A stretch of DNA of 14,278 nt from positions 64,449-78,726 of IMG/VR virus record IMGVR_UViG_3300001533_000890; one strand, 5' to 3'. The DNA comes from a virus (taxonomy: Duplodnaviria; Heunggongvirae; Uroviricota; Caudoviricetes). A program made the translations under genes and the position numbers. Of the stretch, positions 13,545 to 14,278 are shown piece after piece. The notes under the pieces are model-generated. The model searched no databases. It was not told the DNA's origin and saw only the letters and a program-made list of their open reading frames with translations. How positions within the stretch are numbered: position 1 is the first letter of the stretch; every line of letters begins with the position of its first letter.

Positions 13545-13877
13545 ATGAAGAGACTAGGAGTTATTTCGGTTGGGCAGTTTTTGACGCTTACTGCACCCCC
13601 GCATGTTACCCCCTACACCCGTTACCGTGGCCGAGCTTGTCGCGTACTTGACATTCTCAAGCAGGGCACCTCATACCGGGCAAGGATTGTGTTGCCCGGT
13701 CGGCCGGGCCTAAAGCGACGGCATGGGGAGCGTTTGCGCCCGTCTTCTGAACTTATTCTAAGCACCTATGAGGACTTGCACGGCCAGTCGTGGGCAGCGT
13801 GCAAGCGCCAAGCATGTCCGGTTAGGCCGGGCTGCACAGCTTTCGCTAAAGACTTTCTTAAACGGCTTGTAAACTAA
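13545..13877 (+). CDS. hypothetical basic protein
   Basis: RBS gggag; 110 aa; Arg-rich; followed by terminator-like hairpins. Confidence 0.7.
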   Translation: MKRLGVISVGQFLTLTAPPHVTPYTRYRGRACRVLDILKQGTSYRARIVLPGRPGLKRRHGERLRPSSELILSTYEDLHGQSWAACKRQACPVRPGCTAFAKDFLKRLVN

Positions 13878-13893
13878 CCTTACCGCTACCCAT

Positions 13894-13927
13894 AAACCCG
13901 GCCGCTTTCGACTGGGTTTCTGTTTGT
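13894..13927 (+). terminator. probable intrinsic terminator of the + strand block
   Basis: aaacccgg (13894-13901)/ctgggttt (13912-19) stem followed by ctgtttgt. Confidence 0.5.
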
Positions 13928-13978
13928 TAAGGGCATTTGCAAGCTAGGTTCGGCTCGAATACAAAACGAGTTTGTTAA

Positions 13979-14012
13979 CGGCTAAAAGCCACCCGAAGGT
14001 GGCTTTTAGCCG
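13979..14012. terminator. perfect 15-bp hairpin, probable bidirectional terminator between convergent blocks
   Basis: CGGCTAAAAGCCACC-cgaa-GGTGGCTTTTAGCCG, with A4/T4 tracts symmetric about a GC-rich core. Confidence 0.7.
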
Positions 14013-14042
14013 GGGTTGGTTATGGTTGGACGTCCTTTTTAA

Positions 14043-14152
14043 GGGCCATAACCACGGGCGGGTATTCCCGCCCCGCTTTCAGGACCCGCCCGATCTGGGC
14101 CGTCTTACATTAGCGCCTTGATGCTGGTAGTTCAGGCGCTCGGCCCTGGCCC
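14043..14152. other. three-way-junction structured element
   Basis: gggcca/tggccc (14043-48/14147-52), gggcgggt/acccgccc (14056-63/14084-91), gggccg/cggccc (14097-102/14141-46), agcgcct/aggcgct (14112-18/14134-40). Confidence 0.45.
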
Positions 14153-14175
14153 CTCGTTTCAATACCACCGGGTTC

Positions 14176-14277
14176 TTAGGCGTTGGTTCGGGTCGCCCGG
14201 AGACGTTGGCGTGCCTCTCTCAGGTATTGGGCGACAACCTCATTATAGGCATAGGGCTCATCAAGGTGATAACCCAC
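14176..14277 (-). CDS. 3' end of a convergent gene (partial, unknown product)
   Basis: The minus strand reads VGYHLDEPYAYNEVVAQYLREARQRLRATRTNA* with TAA at 14178-14176. Protein-like and open to the window edge. Confidence 0.55.
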   Translation of the reverse strand: MGYHLDEPYAYNEVVAQYLREARQRLRATRTNA

Positions 14278-14278
14278 T

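Noticed and set aside
5917-13660. Other TTGAC[AT] hexamers (e.g. near 5917, 6099, 9644, 13648)
   Set aside because: No -10-like hexamer at 16-18 nt spacing; the one at 9644 is a TTG start codon.
1-14278. CRISPR array, integrase, transposase or structural genes
   Set aside because: No regularly spaced direct repeats and no such protein motifs were seen. The Cas4-like nuclease has no cas neighbours.

Overview
A gene-dense, ~52% GC window that reads as a dsDNA bacteriophage early/middle region. Almost all genes are on the + strand, short and translationally coupled, and a convergent - strand gene enters at the right edge. Recognisable genes are the 3' end of an ATP-dependent DNA ligase, a RecB-like PD-(D/E)XK nuclease, a RimI-like GNAT acetyltransferase, a divergent beta-class DNA methyltransferase, an FmdB zinc ribbon, deoC next to a nucleoside 2-deoxyribosyltransferase-family gene, an endonuclease V/MSMEG_6728-like glycosylase, a frameshift-split HNH-RNA ligase and a gamma-glutamylcyclotransferase. 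Three things stand out. (1) Nine divergent paralogs of an unrecognised ~100-aa domain (motif F-x-GGP[PA]...G-[ST]-L...D) occur in three blocks, each starting directly behind its own extended -10 sigma70-type promoter. (2) A ~640-nt, helix-rich segment at 2364-3005 has its own promoter and looks like a large structured ncRNA rather than the 190-aa ORF that overlaps it. (3) A non-canonical tRNA-Tyr(GUA)-like gene lies just upstream of the RNA ligase. All family calls come from motif recognition by eye; no database search or folding program was run.
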